DNA from: Promethearchaeota archaeon | Lineage (GTDB): Archaea > Asgardarchaeota > Lokiarchaeia > Sigyniarchaeales > SOKP01 | DNA: 64,000 nucleotides | Direction of reading: 5' to 3' | Assembly (NCBI GenBank): GCA_016839555.1 | Contig: JAEOUA010000012.1 | Location: forward strand, 32,001-96,000 | Shown here: in pieces, positions 19,996-30,256 of the stretch | How the letters are laid out: every line of letters starts with the position of its first letter | Numbering within the stretch: position 1 is the stretch's first letter | Made by a program: the position numbers and the translations under genes | The notes under the pieces: model-generated | What the model saw: the letters and a program-made list of their open reading frames with translations, nothing else | The model's database searches: none | What the model was told of the DNA's origin: nothing

Positions 19996-20577
19996 TTAAA
20001 ATTCTAAAAAACCAGGGTCATCAAATAAATCTTCTATATCTTTCTTCTTTTTGATCCCCGTTTCTTCGTGCTCTGAAAACAAACTATCCTCATCTGTTTT
20101 AATACCTGATTCTAATTCGCTAGTTTCTAATTCAAGTAAAGCATCCTTCTCCAAGCTTTTATATTTGCTACTTTTTTCTTTCCATTCTTGTATCTCGTCC
20201 ATATCATAATCTCCCTCATCTAAAAGTTGCGCGGCTTTTACTCTACAAAGATCCGATAAGATTGAAAACGCAAATGCCAACTCTCCCCACTCTTTGTTCT
20301 CTTTTAATTTATTGATTCGCTTTTTTAACCGCTGAATCTCTTGCTCAGCATAATATATATCGATAAAATCTCCAAAAGCATCCACAGGTTCGGAAATTGA
20401 ATTAATTAACACTTCTTTTTCTAAACCACAATTTCCACACTTAACTGTGGCAAAACCTCCCTTCTCTCGTAGATTCTCTACTTTAACTGATTTTTCCCCG
20501 CATTGGGGGCATGTAAAAATTTTTGGGAGTTTTTTAACTCTCCGATAAGTGGTTTGTTTTCGTTTACGACGCCCCAT
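19996..20577 (-). CDS. elf1: Transcription elongation factor Elf1 with long C-terminal extension
   Basis: MGRRKRK...LPKIFTCPQC...CGNCG...EPVDAFGDFID zinc ribbon; about 110 extra helical/acidic residues. Confidence 0.88.
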   Translation of the reverse strand: MGRRKRKQTTYRRVKKLPKIFTCPQCGEKSVKVENLREKGGFATVKCGNCGLEKEVLINSISEPVDAFGDFIDIYYAEQEIQRLKKRINKLKENKEWGELAFAFSILSDLCRVKAAQLLDEGDYDMDEIQEWKEKSSKYKSLEKDALLELETSELESGIKTDEDSLFSEHEETGIKKKKDIEDLFDDPGFLEF

Positions 20578-20781
20578 AATAAATCTCCTTAAATTTTTTG
20601 GTTAATACTTTTTTATTTTATGTATTTTAAAAATGAGTAATTAATTCATAGTTAATATAGAAGCATCCCTAAAAAATTTTTGCGTAAAACATTGCTAAAA
20701 CGTCAATTTCCATAAAATTTTTTAGGTTTGCTACATTTTTCCATTCAGTAATTCTAATTACCCAAATTAAATACAGTTTAG

Positions 20782-21888
20782 TTGATAATAGTCATGGAGC
20801 ATAATAGTTTATCCTTAGAATATGATCGGAATTTAATCATTAGGATCCTTGAAGATATCAATATGCGATATATAATCCTTTTTCTCTATATCATCAGAAA
20901 TGATTTATTTAGAGATTTGAAAGACCCCAAGATTATTGAATCTTATAATAGGGTATTAGCATTGGATGAGATTTATAAAGGGAATATTATCACATTTTGG
21001 GAAAAGGAGTTCACAAATATAGCGATAGATCTTGGTCTATTTAAAAATATTAGAAGTATAAGGGAGTTTGAGCAGAAAGATCAAGATTTAATCATTAAAT
21101 TTGGAGAAAATACAATAACTGTGGAAGGAGATACAATTTCAGTTCCCGCGGATACGCTCCACTTAATGATCACCAAAAAATTTAAATTCCTCACAAAAAG
21201 AAATTTTAATATAGCTCTCACTCAGCTGAAAGGTGTAAGGTGCGAATATAATGGAATGATTCATCCTTTTATTTATCAGATTGGAGAGGAGGATTATACC
21301 TTATCCGACGATTTATATTATATTTTAGATCAATTTGGTAATATTTATCAAGCAATGAAAATAGAAAATACAATTGAAGTATTCTATGAGAAAATAAAAG
21401 AGATATCAGACAAGCTAATTGAATTTATAGCTATTTTTGATCTAGCTTTAAATAGTAAACAAGCGATAAAAAAAATAAATCAGGCAATAGAAGAAAATAA
21501 AGATATAATTGAACAATTAAAAGAAGAAAACATCTCTTTATCAGATAAATTTGAATATGAAAATCTCGATAAATCTAAACCCATTTTTAAAGATTGGCAT
21601 TCTCGACTAATCCAATTACTACAATTTCGCTATAGAATAGATAATATAGAGCAAGAGGTAATCAAGTTAAGAAATTATTATTCTGGGTCTGAAAAAAAGT
21701 ATAATTATTTAGATTATATCGAAAAAGTGTCTTTTAATGAAGATGATATTGTAAATAATATTAGAAATGATCTGCTTGAAGCTCGGAATAAATTAATTGA
21801 TATAAATGATATTATTAAAAAACTAAATAAAAAAGAAATTAAGCTTTTAAATTTAGATTATGAAAGATATCTTATTGAAAGCAGCTAA
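20782..21888 (+). CDS. Hypothetical protein with coiled-coil C-terminus
   Basis: Long ORF; start may be ATG at 20794. Confidence 0.7.
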   Translation: MIIVMEHNSLSLEYDRNLIIRILEDINMRYIILFLYIIRNDLFRDLKDPKIIESYNRVLALDEIYKGNIITFWEKEFTNIAIDLGLFKNIRSIREFEQKDQDLIIKFGENTITVEGDTISVPADTLHLMITKKFKFLTKRNFNIALTQLKGVRCEYNGMIHPFIYQIGEEDYTLSDDLYYILDQFGNIYQAMKIENTIEVFYEKIKEISDKLIEFIAIFDLALNSKQAIKKINQAIEENKDIIEQLKEENISLSDKFEYENLDKSKPIFKDWHSRLIQLLQFRYRIDNIEQEVIKLRNYYSGSEKKYNYLDYIEKVSFNEDDIVNNIRNDLLEARNKLIDINDIIKKLNKKEIKLLNLDYERYLIESS

Positions 21889-22051
21889 CTAATAAAATGA
21901 AAACTACATTATTTAATATTGAGAGTGTTTTATCAGAAGGGTACTTTTCACAATTAAACGTAAATTTTTTTGGAACGGATTATTTTTATGTAACAACTTA
22001 TTTTAATATAATTAATTTTTTAAAATATTCAATTAATTAAGGTGTGCTCTA

Positions 22052-23029
22052 GTGAAATGTCCGTCATGTGATATTGAAATGAATCAACTTGTTGATGGGA
22101 TTTTTGAATGCCCCAAATGTAAAAAAATCATCAGAGAAAAAAGAGAAGAGGCAGAAAAGGGAAAAGAAAAAAAGAAAATAATCGGAGAGCTTTTAGATGG
22201 AGTTTACTTTCATAACAATTTTTCAATAAATCAACAATATGAGATGGTAGAATCGGGTATTTTAATTAATAAGACGGATACTAGAGCCTTTGGGGCTTTA
22301 ATTTGTCATAGTGCATATTTAGAAAATGAAAAGTATATCAGATTATCTTGGTGGAAAAAATCGTTCTATCGACATGGGGGTATGATAAAAATATACGAAA
22401 AAGAGGTCTTAAAGAACCTTATCAAAGCTTTAGAAAAAATATATGATAATTTTGATGAATTTTGGATATTTAAAGGAAAATTTAGAGAAAATCAAACTAA
22501 AAGCGAGGAAGATATTTTAAAAGAGAAAAAATTAGACCTTATCAAATTTAGAATTATTGAAAATCGTACGTGTCCAAACTGCCAAAAGAAAATGAATAAA
22601 AATAAATCGCATTATGAATGCCCATATTGTGGAGAAATTGTTATTTTGGAAGGTTATAATCAACCAATTTTTAATATAGCTCCCGCGGATTTAAAATTAA
22701 ATTTTCAAGGAAACTTTCCTATCAATTATTATCTCCCAATAAGCGGAATTACCATAAAATGGCTTATGGGAGAGTGGAAAGCCCTTGTTGTGATCTATTC
22801 CAAAGATAATCCTAACAAAAAATGGCTTCGATTTTATTGGTGGGTCCGAGATCTTAAAAATATTATGAAATATGGGACACGTAGATTTGCAGAGGATAAT
22901 CAACTTGGATGGCAAGCTAAAAAAGGCTCTGGAACGACAAACATATATAATAAAGAATCTATCAAACCTTTAATTGAAGCATTAAAAATTTTAGCTAAAG
23001 AATTAAATTGGAATATTAAAGAAAATTAA
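22052..23029 (+). CDS. Internally duplicated (zinc ribbon + PC4/YdbC-like) protein
   Basis: CPSC/CPKC and CPNC/CPYC ribbons, each followed by a YIRLSWW / WLRFYWW...IY.KE..K.LI.AL unit. Confidence 0.55.
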   Translation: MKCPSCDIEMNQLVDGIFECPKCKKIIREKREEAEKGKEKKKIIGELLDGVYFHNNFSINQQYEMVESGILINKTDTRAFGALICHSAYLENEKYIRLSWWKKSFYRHGGMIKIYEKEVLKNLIKALEKIYDNFDEFWIFKGKFRENQTKSEEDILKEKKLDLIKFRIIENRTCPNCQKKMNKNKSHYECPYCGEIVILEGYNQPIFNIAPADLKLNFQGNFPINYYLPISGITIKWLMGEWKALVVIYSKDNPNKKWLRFYWWVRDLKNIMKYGTRRFAEDNQLGWQAKKGSGTTNIYNKESIKPLIEALKILAKELNWNIKEN

Positions 23030-23044
23030 TTGGGATGAATTGAG

Positions 23045-24184
23045 TTGGAAAATAGCAAAAATCCTACATGGAAAAAATTATTAGGAGATTTTATTCAAGG
23101 GTTGGATCGGGCGATTCACTATTTAGAAGAACGAGATGTTGAGAGAATTCCCGGCGCCAGAGAAGCTCTAATACGTAGATTGGAAAATATGCATACTCAT
23201 TTTCCAAAAAATAATGGAGAGATTTTCATAAAAGCGATCAATGATAAAATCCAAAATGCATTTTTCCCTAATACTAAAAATTTTGCTGAAGCTTTTAAAA
23301 AAATCTTAAAATCCCGAACTCATGAGCAAGATTTTATAATTAATGAATTAATCAATGGATTTGTATCGTCTAAGGCTAAAGCTATAACATCTGAAACACA
23401 AGTGCCAATAATAGATCGAATGGTGGAGGCATTTAGTAGTCGAAATGATTTTCATATTGTAGACCACCAATTTTATGCTATGTTCGGTGATCCTAATAAG
23501 CCTCGAAAATATGTGAAAAAAAAATTAGAAGAATTAGTATCCCTATTTGGACTTGTTTCAAAAGAATTGGTTGTTGAAAAGGATAAAAGGAGGAGCGAAA
23601 GAAAAGTCTATACCTTTTATACTTTTCCTGATGAAATTTTAGCTATTCTTGAAGAAAAATACATTATTATTGATGAAGAACTGGGCTATGCATACGTTTC
23701 TGAAGAATTTGACAGAAACGTGTTTATTTGCATGTTTCTTGCAAATATTGCAATACATCGGGACAATTTAGAAGAGATTGGTGGAGAGTATACGGTCAAT
23801 GGAATTTCCGCAATATTTGCCTTAATTTTATTATTAAGTTTCATGCCAAAAATAAGAGTAGATGAAAATAATCCCATATTGCGGGATCCTTCTTTTAATG
23901 AAAATAATATGAGTGTTATTCCTAAGTCTTGGATGATGAAAAAAGTATTAGATAAACTTTTTGAACCATTAATTAAAATAATCGCCTACAGGCTTGGGGG
24001 CGGATTATGGTTATCAAAGATAATTGATTCTGAAATAAATAGAAAAATTCATAATCAAATACGATTTCTCCTTAAGGATGTTAACCGCTGGATATTAGGC
24101 GAGCTGGTCCGTATAGAAATACCAATCTTCGTTGAGATTTCCAATATATTCCAAGAAATTATCATAGGAACAGAAACAGAATAA
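23045..24184 (+). CDS. Hypothetical protein (379 aa)
   Basis: Long ORF tightly packed in the cluster. Confidence 0.7.
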   Translation: MENSKNPTWKKLLGDFIQGLDRAIHYLEERDVERIPGAREALIRRLENMHTHFPKNNGEIFIKAINDKIQNAFFPNTKNFAEAFKKILKSRTHEQDFIINELINGFVSSKAKAITSETQVPIIDRMVEAFSSRNDFHIVDHQFYAMFGDPNKPRKYVKKKLEELVSLFGLVSKELVVEKDKRRSERKVYTFYTFPDEILAILEEKYIIIDEELGYAYVSEEFDRNVFICMFLANIAIHRDNLEEIGGEYTVNGISAIFALILLLSFMPKIRVDENNPILRDPSFNENNMSVIPKSWMMKKVLDKLFEPLIKIIAYRLGGGLWLSKIIDSEINRKIHNQIRFLLKDVNRWILGELVRIEIPIFVEISNIFQEIIIGTETE

Positions 24185-24202
24185 TTAAAATGAAAAATTA
24201 AG

Positions 24203-25480
24203 GTGTTAAAATTGAGATTAGAGAAATGGACTGATATTTTACCAAGGTACCAGACATTTATTAGCCATATGAAGCCGATTTTGCGAGAAACTAGAAGGAT
24301 TATTGAAGATCTGGATGCTGATTTATTATATGATACTGAAGTCCTAGATAAAATTCGTGAGGAGGAGGAAAGAAGGAATATCCGTAAGGTAAGAGCTTTA
24401 TCAGAATTTTCAGCAATGTATAGATCAAATGTCTATGAATTAATGAAAGATTTTATCACAAAATATAGAGATCGTATTTCACTTATAGATATTAAAGATT
24501 ATATCATCGATTTTCTTCAAGAATCCATAGAGGCACTTACAATTTTACGTAATATTACAAATCCAGATCAAAAAGATCTAGAGCAAACATATTTATATAC
24601 ATTAGTTAAATTTCTTGAAAAAATCTTATTCCCAAAAGGAAATAGTATTAATGTGATATATGAAAAATTATTAGTACACACTCCTGAATATTATGAATCG
24701 CAAAGACATTTATTAAAAACTCATACTCATTATAGAGAAGACTTAGAGCATTCAGATTTTTTTACAGTTCCTGCAATATCACCAAAAGTATACCAGATCA
24801 TTAATAATATCACCTCTTTTTTTAATTTAGATCCTAATTATGGACCTCTTCCAGAGAATAAAAATCATGAAATTCCTATGATTTTAAAGAATGATGTGTT
24901 TTTACCATATATTGATTCAATCGCTAAAGCTGAAGAGGAAGCTATTAAAAGTATTGCTGAAAGAATAGGTCTTCGGGTGATTGATGATATATTTTTGGCT
25001 CCAAAAAAAGAATTTATAGATCTCTTATTAGATAACAATTTTTTAAGAGAAAAAAAGCAGTCAGATGGAACAGTAAGGTATATACCGCAATTTAGTAATG
25101 AAACATTAATATTATATTATTTAGCATTTGCTTCAAGAAGAAGAGGTTTTTTATCTAAAGAATTAATAAATTGGATTACAATTAACTTTGCGTTTTTAGT
25201 TTATATGGGAATACTAAAATGGAAATTGTCAGATGAAAATATTTTTTATTCCATTTTTAAAGACCTCCAAACAAATGAAAAAGTATTACCTTATCTAATG
25301 AAGTTAATTTGTTTTCCCAATTATTTAGGGCTCGATAAAACAAAAATAAGGGACTCTCCACAGTATAGAAAAGAAATTTTCAATTTTATAGGAGCACAAA
25401 TAGATAATATTCAAAACCTTGTTGAAAACGTAGGGCAATATTGTTATGAAAAATTTGAAAAAGGAAAAAAAAATAAATAA
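24203..25480 (+). CDS. Hypothetical protein (425 aa)
   Basis: Long helical ORF tightly packed in the cluster. Confidence 0.7.
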   Translation: MLKLRLEKWTDILPRYQTFISHMKPILRETRRIIEDLDADLLYDTEVLDKIREEEERRNIRKVRALSEFSAMYRSNVYELMKDFITKYRDRISLIDIKDYIIDFLQESIEALTILRNITNPDQKDLEQTYLYTLVKFLEKILFPKGNSINVIYEKLLVHTPEYYESQRHLLKTHTHYREDLEHSDFFTVPAISPKVYQIINNITSFFNLDPNYGPLPENKNHEIPMILKNDVFLPYIDSIAKAEEEAIKSIAERIGLRVIDDIFLAPKKEFIDLLLDNNFLREKKQSDGTVRYIPQFSNETLILYYLAFASRRRGFLSKELINWITINFAFLVYMGILKWKLSDENIFYSIFKDLQTNEKVLPYLMKLICFPNYLGLDKTKIRDSPQYRKEIFNFIGAQIDNIQNLVENVGQYCYEKFEKGKKNK

Positions 25481-25502
25481 TATAAAAAAGAGATGAAATA
25501 AT

Positions 25503-26579
25503 ATTACATATACGGATGAAGAAATTAAGGAAAGATTAAGCAAATATGGCGCAGTATATTTACCAAATGACGTTAAAGAAGATGTAAATGATATAAAGGG
25601 TAACGAATTTAAAAAAGAAAGATTAGATGATTTTTTTAAAGCTCTTACCAGTTATAAGGATATTTCAGAGCAGTTGAAAAAAACTAAACTGTCTCCTAGC
25701 TTAACAGTATTATTATATGGACCTCCAGGAACAGGTAAAACCTCTTTAACAAGAGCGTTTTCCAAAAAATATAAAATCCCTATGTGTGTTGTTGAGTCTG
25801 ATAGGCTGGTTTCTCCATTGTTAGGGGATACTATAAAAAATATACGAAATGTAGTAGAACTAGCGGCTGATGTGGCTAAAGAAAATGGTTCTTTTGTATT
25901 ATTTTTTGATGAGATAGATGCTATAGGCTCTGAGAGATCGAATATCCATGAAGTAGGAGAAATTAAAAGGGCTGTTATCTCCTTTTTACAAGTCATTGAT
26001 AAAGTTAATTATGAGGGGATTCCACTTGCTATTTTTGGAGCAACAAATCACCAACACCAGCTGGATTCTGCGATTTGGAGGCGTTTTACATTTCATTTGA
26101 ATTTTGATTTTCCTAATTATGAGTTAAGAAAAGAAATTATTGAATCTTTTTTAGAAAAAATAGAAAAAGCAGATATCGGTATAGATGATACTATATATAA
26201 AAGATTAGATAATGAATATAAGGAAATTAAAGAAATTCATAAAAATCTAGAGGCGAAATTGGGAAGAAACATTTCTGAATTTGAAGATAATTTATTATGG
26301 AATGAGATAGAAAAGAAAAAGCAATTAGAAGGATTTTTAAAATTAACACTTGGATATTCTGGCTCAGATATAGAAAGAGGAACTAGGGTAGCTTTATTTA
26401 AAGTAATTCAAACAGGTATCTTAACCTATAATATTTTTTATAATTCTTTAGAGTTAGTAGGGGGTACTGCCGTCCATGTTAAAAGACAAGACATTTTAAG
26501 CAATAATAGAAAATTAGGAACTAGATCCGAAAAATATAAAGCAAGCCGACCCAATACTTCTGGTCCTCCAGAATTATAA
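25503..26579 (+). CDS. Single-domain AAA ATPase (probable ATT start)
   Basis: GPPGTGKT, FFDEIDAIG, GATNH..LDSAIWRRF; frame is open upstream of the TTG at 25674 to a TGA at 25494; SD-like GAGATGA precedes ATT at 25503. Confidence 0.85.
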   Translation: MTYTDEEIKERLSKYGAVYLPNDVKEDVNDIKGNEFKKERLDDFFKALTSYKDISEQLKKTKLSPSLTVLLYGPPGTGKTSLTRAFSKKYKIPMCVVESDRLVSPLLGDTIKNIRNVVELAADVAKENGSFVLFFDEIDAIGSERSNIHEVGEIKRAVISFLQVIDKVNYEGIPLAIFGATNHQHQLDSAIWRRFTFHLNFDFPNYELRKEIIESFLEKIEKADIGIDDTIYKRLDNEYKEIKEIHKNLEAKLGRNISEFEDNLLWNEIEKKKQLEGFLKLTLGYSGSDIERGTRVALFKVIQTGILTYNIFYNSLELVGGTAVHVKRQDILSNNRKLGTRSEKYKASRPNTSGPPEL

Positions 26580-26617
26580 TATGAGAAAATATATTATTAA
26601 ATAAGAGGGATACATAT

Positions 26618-27649
26618 TTGGAAATAGAAATATTCGATCTTAACAAAATTAAAGAATTTTTTATTAATACAGAAGAATTAGAAGGAAAATTTGTTCAAAA
26701 TAAATCAAATTATGAAGATTTACAGAAATTTACAACAAATATTAAAAATATAGTAGAAAATAAAGAAATAATCGAAAAAATTGATAATATTTCTGAAAAA
26801 CTAAAAAAGATTTATACTCGCCTTCTTGACGTTTCCCAAATTAATTTAAAAAATTTAATCACCTCTCAAGACAAATTAACTAAAACTTATAAACAAGTGC
26901 ATATAGATAGATTAGAAAATAGTGATATTAATAAGCAAAAAGCAAAAAAAATTGGTTTATCTTTTATAAAGAATAAAAATATTTCGAAAGTAATTAATAA
27001 GATCTCTTTCATACCCTCTATAAATATAAGTCAGTGGTCAGATATTCTTGATTCTTTAAATGATAATGATATCTTCATGAAGATTATTAAAAATGTGAAC
27101 AATTATTATCAATTACTTTTAGAAAAAAAATTTAAGGCGGAACTCAGGAAAATTCCAGAGGATATTCAACAAACCTTAATTAACGATTTTAAAAAAGCCT
27201 TTTTTGAAGACGCAAACCTTAGTTTTAAAAATTTTATAAGAAATATCGAGTCTAAATTATCTGAAGATGAATTAACACAAAGGAAAAATCTAATTGAAAA
27301 AACCAAAAAAAGAGAAGAATTAGCTTCTCTAAAAAAACAACAACAAGAACAAAAAAGCACTTTTGAAGATTATTTTAAATACCCTGAGAAAGAATTTCAA
27401 AGAATAAGAAGAAAAAAACAAAGAAAGAGTTTATCTGAAATTGACCAAGAACCTAAAAAAAAAAAGTACATTGATGATGATAAAAAAGAGAAAATAGAGA
27501 AATTTAAATCTAAATTTGAAGATTCCTTTGATAAAATATACCTAAATCAAAAACAAGATTCTAGAGATCCTCTCGACTTAATTCGAAAAAGAAAGAAAAA
27601 GAAAGAAGAGGAATATAAAGATTTTATAGATAAGCTCAAAAAGGAATAG
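26618..27649 (+). CDS. Hypothetical charged coiled-coil protein
   Basis: K/E-rich helical ORF within the cluster. Confidence 0.7.
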   Translation: MEIEIFDLNKIKEFFINTEELEGKFVQNKSNYEDLQKFTTNIKNIVENKEIIEKIDNISEKLKKIYTRLLDVSQINLKNLITSQDKLTKTYKQVHIDRLENSDINKQKAKKIGLSFIKNKNISKVINKISFIPSINISQWSDILDSLNDNDIFMKIIKNVNNYYQLLLEKKFKAELRKIPEDIQQTLINDFKKAFFEDANLSFKNFIRNIESKLSEDELTQRKNLIEKTKKREELASLKKQQQEQKSTFEDYFKYPEKEFQRIRRKKQRKSLSEIDQEPKKKKYIDDDKKEKIEKFKSKFEDSFDKIYLNQKQDSRDPLDLIRKRKKKKEEEYKDFIDKLKKE

Positions 27650-27661
27650 AAGTGATAAAAG

Positions 27662-29263
27662 ATTTCAGATGAAAATTTAGAATTTTTTATAAAAGGAAAA
27701 AAACTCACAATAGAGAATCAATTCAATTTAGTTTTAGGAGATTTTTCGATTAATGAACTGGAACACTATAAAAAATATGAAACCTTTTCTACCTATGATG
27801 ATTTTAATCTAATCTCTATAAATCAATTGTCAAAATTTATCCAACTCATTAATAATTCCTATAATGAGATTGAGAAAGTTAATCATCTTTTAACCTTTTT
27901 AGAATCTTTTAAAACAATTTCTAGCAAGAATATTATCATATTAAACCATTTTAAAAATGCTTTAGATTCACTAAACTCTACTCTTAAATTTATATCTTTA
28001 AAAAATAAACTAAAGTCATTAAAGCGAGAATTAACATTTTCAGAAATCAAATATAAATCTAGTAAAATATCTGCAAACAGAAATCTTATAAAAAAATTAA
28101 AGCAAAGTATTGCGAAAAACAAAAAAGAATTAGATTCTATAAAGCAAGACTATTTTAATATTAGAAATCAGAGAAATGAGATATTAAAAGCAATAAATAA
28201 TTATCAAGGTAAAGTTGATGAATTGAATCAAGAAAAAAAGCTAAAATTCAACGAAATTAATGAAATAATTAGAACTACTGAAACACCTCCATTAAATAAT
28301 AAAAAAGAGTTTTTACTTGGTCTAGATTTATCAAATGATGAAAAAATGAAGAAATTAAAACAAGAGGCAAAAAGTATTAATAATGATATAAAAGATTTTA
28401 AATCTAAGATAGCTGATAAGAAAGGAAAATTGAGTGATATTGAACCAAAATTTCAAATCTATGAACAACAATATACTTCATCAAAAAATACTATTGAAAA
28501 AAATGAAACTCAGATAAATGAGATTCAAGCAGAAATGGAAAATCTCATACAACCAAAAGAAGAAATAGAATTTAATAATTCCAACGTGAAAGAATTTGAT
28601 ATGATTAGATCTCCTGAAATTCTTGAAGATGAAATTGATAAAATTAAAATGCAATTAGAAAAAGAAAAGAAATCTAATCAATTGCTTAATAAAAATATTA
28701 TATCCTGTTTAAATTCAATAGATAAGAATCTATCGCAAATATTATCACAAATAAACGAAAATGAAGGAAATCTGACATTTTCAATAGAACAAGAAATTTT
28801 ATCATCAACTATAAAGCAATTTCGAAGATTTGAATCATTGTTAACGAAAATAGAACAAATAATGAATTATTTATTGCGTGAAATAAATTTGAACTTGGAT
28901 TTGAAAATTGCTATTACAGAAGAAAGCAATGAATTTTTTCTACATCCCATATTTTCTCGAAACAAGGAGCAAAATTTAAAATTTGATGAATTAACTACTC
29001 CAGAAAAAATATTTTATGTGGTCGTGTTTTATATTGCTTTAATGATTATTTTAAATAATACATTGATCTTGTTTTCAAATTTATTTCTTCATCAAGACTA
29101 TAATAAACGAGGTTCTTTGTTTAGAACACTTAAAAAAATGATTCCAGCTATTAAAAGCAATAGCAAATTGAAAGATTTCAAATTTATTTTTGTAATTTCG
29201 AATCTTGAAATGAAAAAAAAAATTGATAATATAAATATAATTACATTTGAAAAGGGCTTATAA
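27662..29263 (+). CDS. SMC/Rad50-like coiled-coil protein with degenerate ATPase head (probable ATT start)
   Basis: Extended N-terminus has FNLVLGDFS (Walker A lost); long coiled coil; C-terminal FDELTTPEK...LILFSNL...FIFVIS aligns with the LSGGE / Walker B / H-loop positions. Confidence 0.6.
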   Translation: MSDENLEFFIKGKKLTIENQFNLVLGDFSINELEHYKKYETFSTYDDFNLISINQLSKFIQLINNSYNEIEKVNHLLTFLESFKTISSKNIIILNHFKNALDSLNSTLKFISLKNKLKSLKRELTFSEIKYKSSKISANRNLIKKLKQSIAKNKKELDSIKQDYFNIRNQRNEILKAINNYQGKVDELNQEKKLKFNEINEIIRTTETPPLNNKKEFLLGLDLSNDEKMKKLKQEAKSINNDIKDFKSKIADKKGKLSDIEPKFQIYEQQYTSSKNTIEKNETQINEIQAEMENLIQPKEEIEFNNSNVKEFDMIRSPEILEDEIDKIKMQLEKEKKSNQLLNKNIISCLNSIDKNLSQILSQINENEGNLTFSIEQEILSSTIKQFRRFESLLTKIEQIMNYLLREINLNLDLKIAITEESNEFFLHPIFSRNKEQNLKFDELTTPEKIFYVVVFYIALMIILNNTLILFSNLFLHQDYNKRGSLFRTLKKMIPAIKSNSKLKDFKFIFVISNLEMKKKIDNINIITFEKGL

Positions 29264-29265
29264 AA

Positions 29266-29775
29266 ATGGAAATAGATAATAGATTATATCAAAACACAGT
29301 AAGAAAAATAACAAGACTTATTCTTACAAATGAACAAAAAATGATACGAGAGGAAGACTTAATTAATATTTGTGAAGAATCCTTAGACTTTGATCAAATC
29401 ATTAATGAAATCTATAATAATTTGAAAAAAGTAGGATTAGAGTTAATAGTATCAACCTATCTCGAACAAAGATATTATATCTTAACTTCTGAAGGGATAG
29501 ATGATAATATTACTCCAAGTCAATATGGTACCTTAGCATTAATCCTTGCCTTAAGCAAAGAGGTTAATGATAATCTAAAATTAAGCGACGCAAAAAAGAT
29601 TTTCTCAAAAGTATGGAATGATGTTGAATTTTTAATTGAAAATGACTATATTCAAAAAATTTCGATTAACGATCTTGAAATCATCAAGATAACACCTCTC
29701 GGGAAAGCATTAATGAAAAACGTTATTCAAGATTTGAAATTAAAAAATTTACTCGAAGTGTTTAAAAAAGAATAA
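29266..29775 (+). CDS. Tandem winged-helix KITE-like protein (MAGE/Nse3/MksE-like)
   Basis: LKKVGLELI...YYIL...GTLALILAL...LIENDYI...ITPLG pattern; 2 nt downstream of the SMC-like gene. Confidence 0.6.
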   Translation: MEIDNRLYQNTVRKITRLILTNEQKMIREEDLINICEESLDFDQIINEIYNNLKKVGLELIVSTYLEQRYYILTSEGIDDNITPSQYGTLALILALSKEVNDNLKLSDAKKIFSKVWNDVEFLIENDYIQKISINDLEIIKITPLGKALMKNVIQDLKLKNLLEVFKKE

Positions 29776-29803
29776 ATGAAAAATTAAAAATCAAAAAAAA
29801 TGC

Positions 29804-30217
29804 TTATTCTAAATCCATTTTAAATTGCTCAAAAATTTTTTTCACTCGCTCCGCGGAGGGCCCTGATCCCCTTACTCCATTCTCATCTACCACAATTTTC
29901 CCATTCAAAATAGATATTATACCCTGTTCTTCGTTATATTTTACATGCCCCTTCGAAAAAATGGTTGCAATTCTGTCTGCTAAAGCTACCATCGGAAATG
30001 GTTCCTCTTCTAAGGTAATATATTGATAATACTTTTCGCTGATTAAAACTTTTGGAAAGGATTGACCCTTTTCATTTTTTACGTCTGTAAGGATTAAGCT
30101 TGAATTATTCGAAACTCCTTTTAATTGCCCTACGAAATATCCATTGCTCACATGAACTTTAACGATTTGTTCCATAAATTTTGCTAATTCCGTGTTAAAC
30201 TCTCTTTCAATACTCAT
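29804..30217 (-). CDS. Sm-like archaeal protein with C-terminal domain (SmAP3-like)
   Basis: Sm fold (VKVHVSNG.FVGQLKGV...LILTDV) plus C-terminal GVRGSGPSAERV domain. Confidence 0.8.
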   Translation of the reverse strand: MSIEREFNTELAKFMEQIVKVHVSNGYFVGQLKGVSNNSSLILTDVKNEKGQSFPKVLISEKYYQYITLEEEPFPMVALADRIATIFSKGHVKYNEEQGIISILNGKIVVDENGVRGSGPSAERVKKIFEQFKMDLE

Positions 30218-30256
30218 TATAACTCATCTTATTGTTAATTATACATATAATCTCTA

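Noticed and set aside
20782-29775. Calling the cluster a canonical Wadjet/MksBEFG or condensin operon
   Set aside because: The SMC-like subunit is short and lacks ATPase motifs; no kleisin or TOPRIM nuclease could be recognised.
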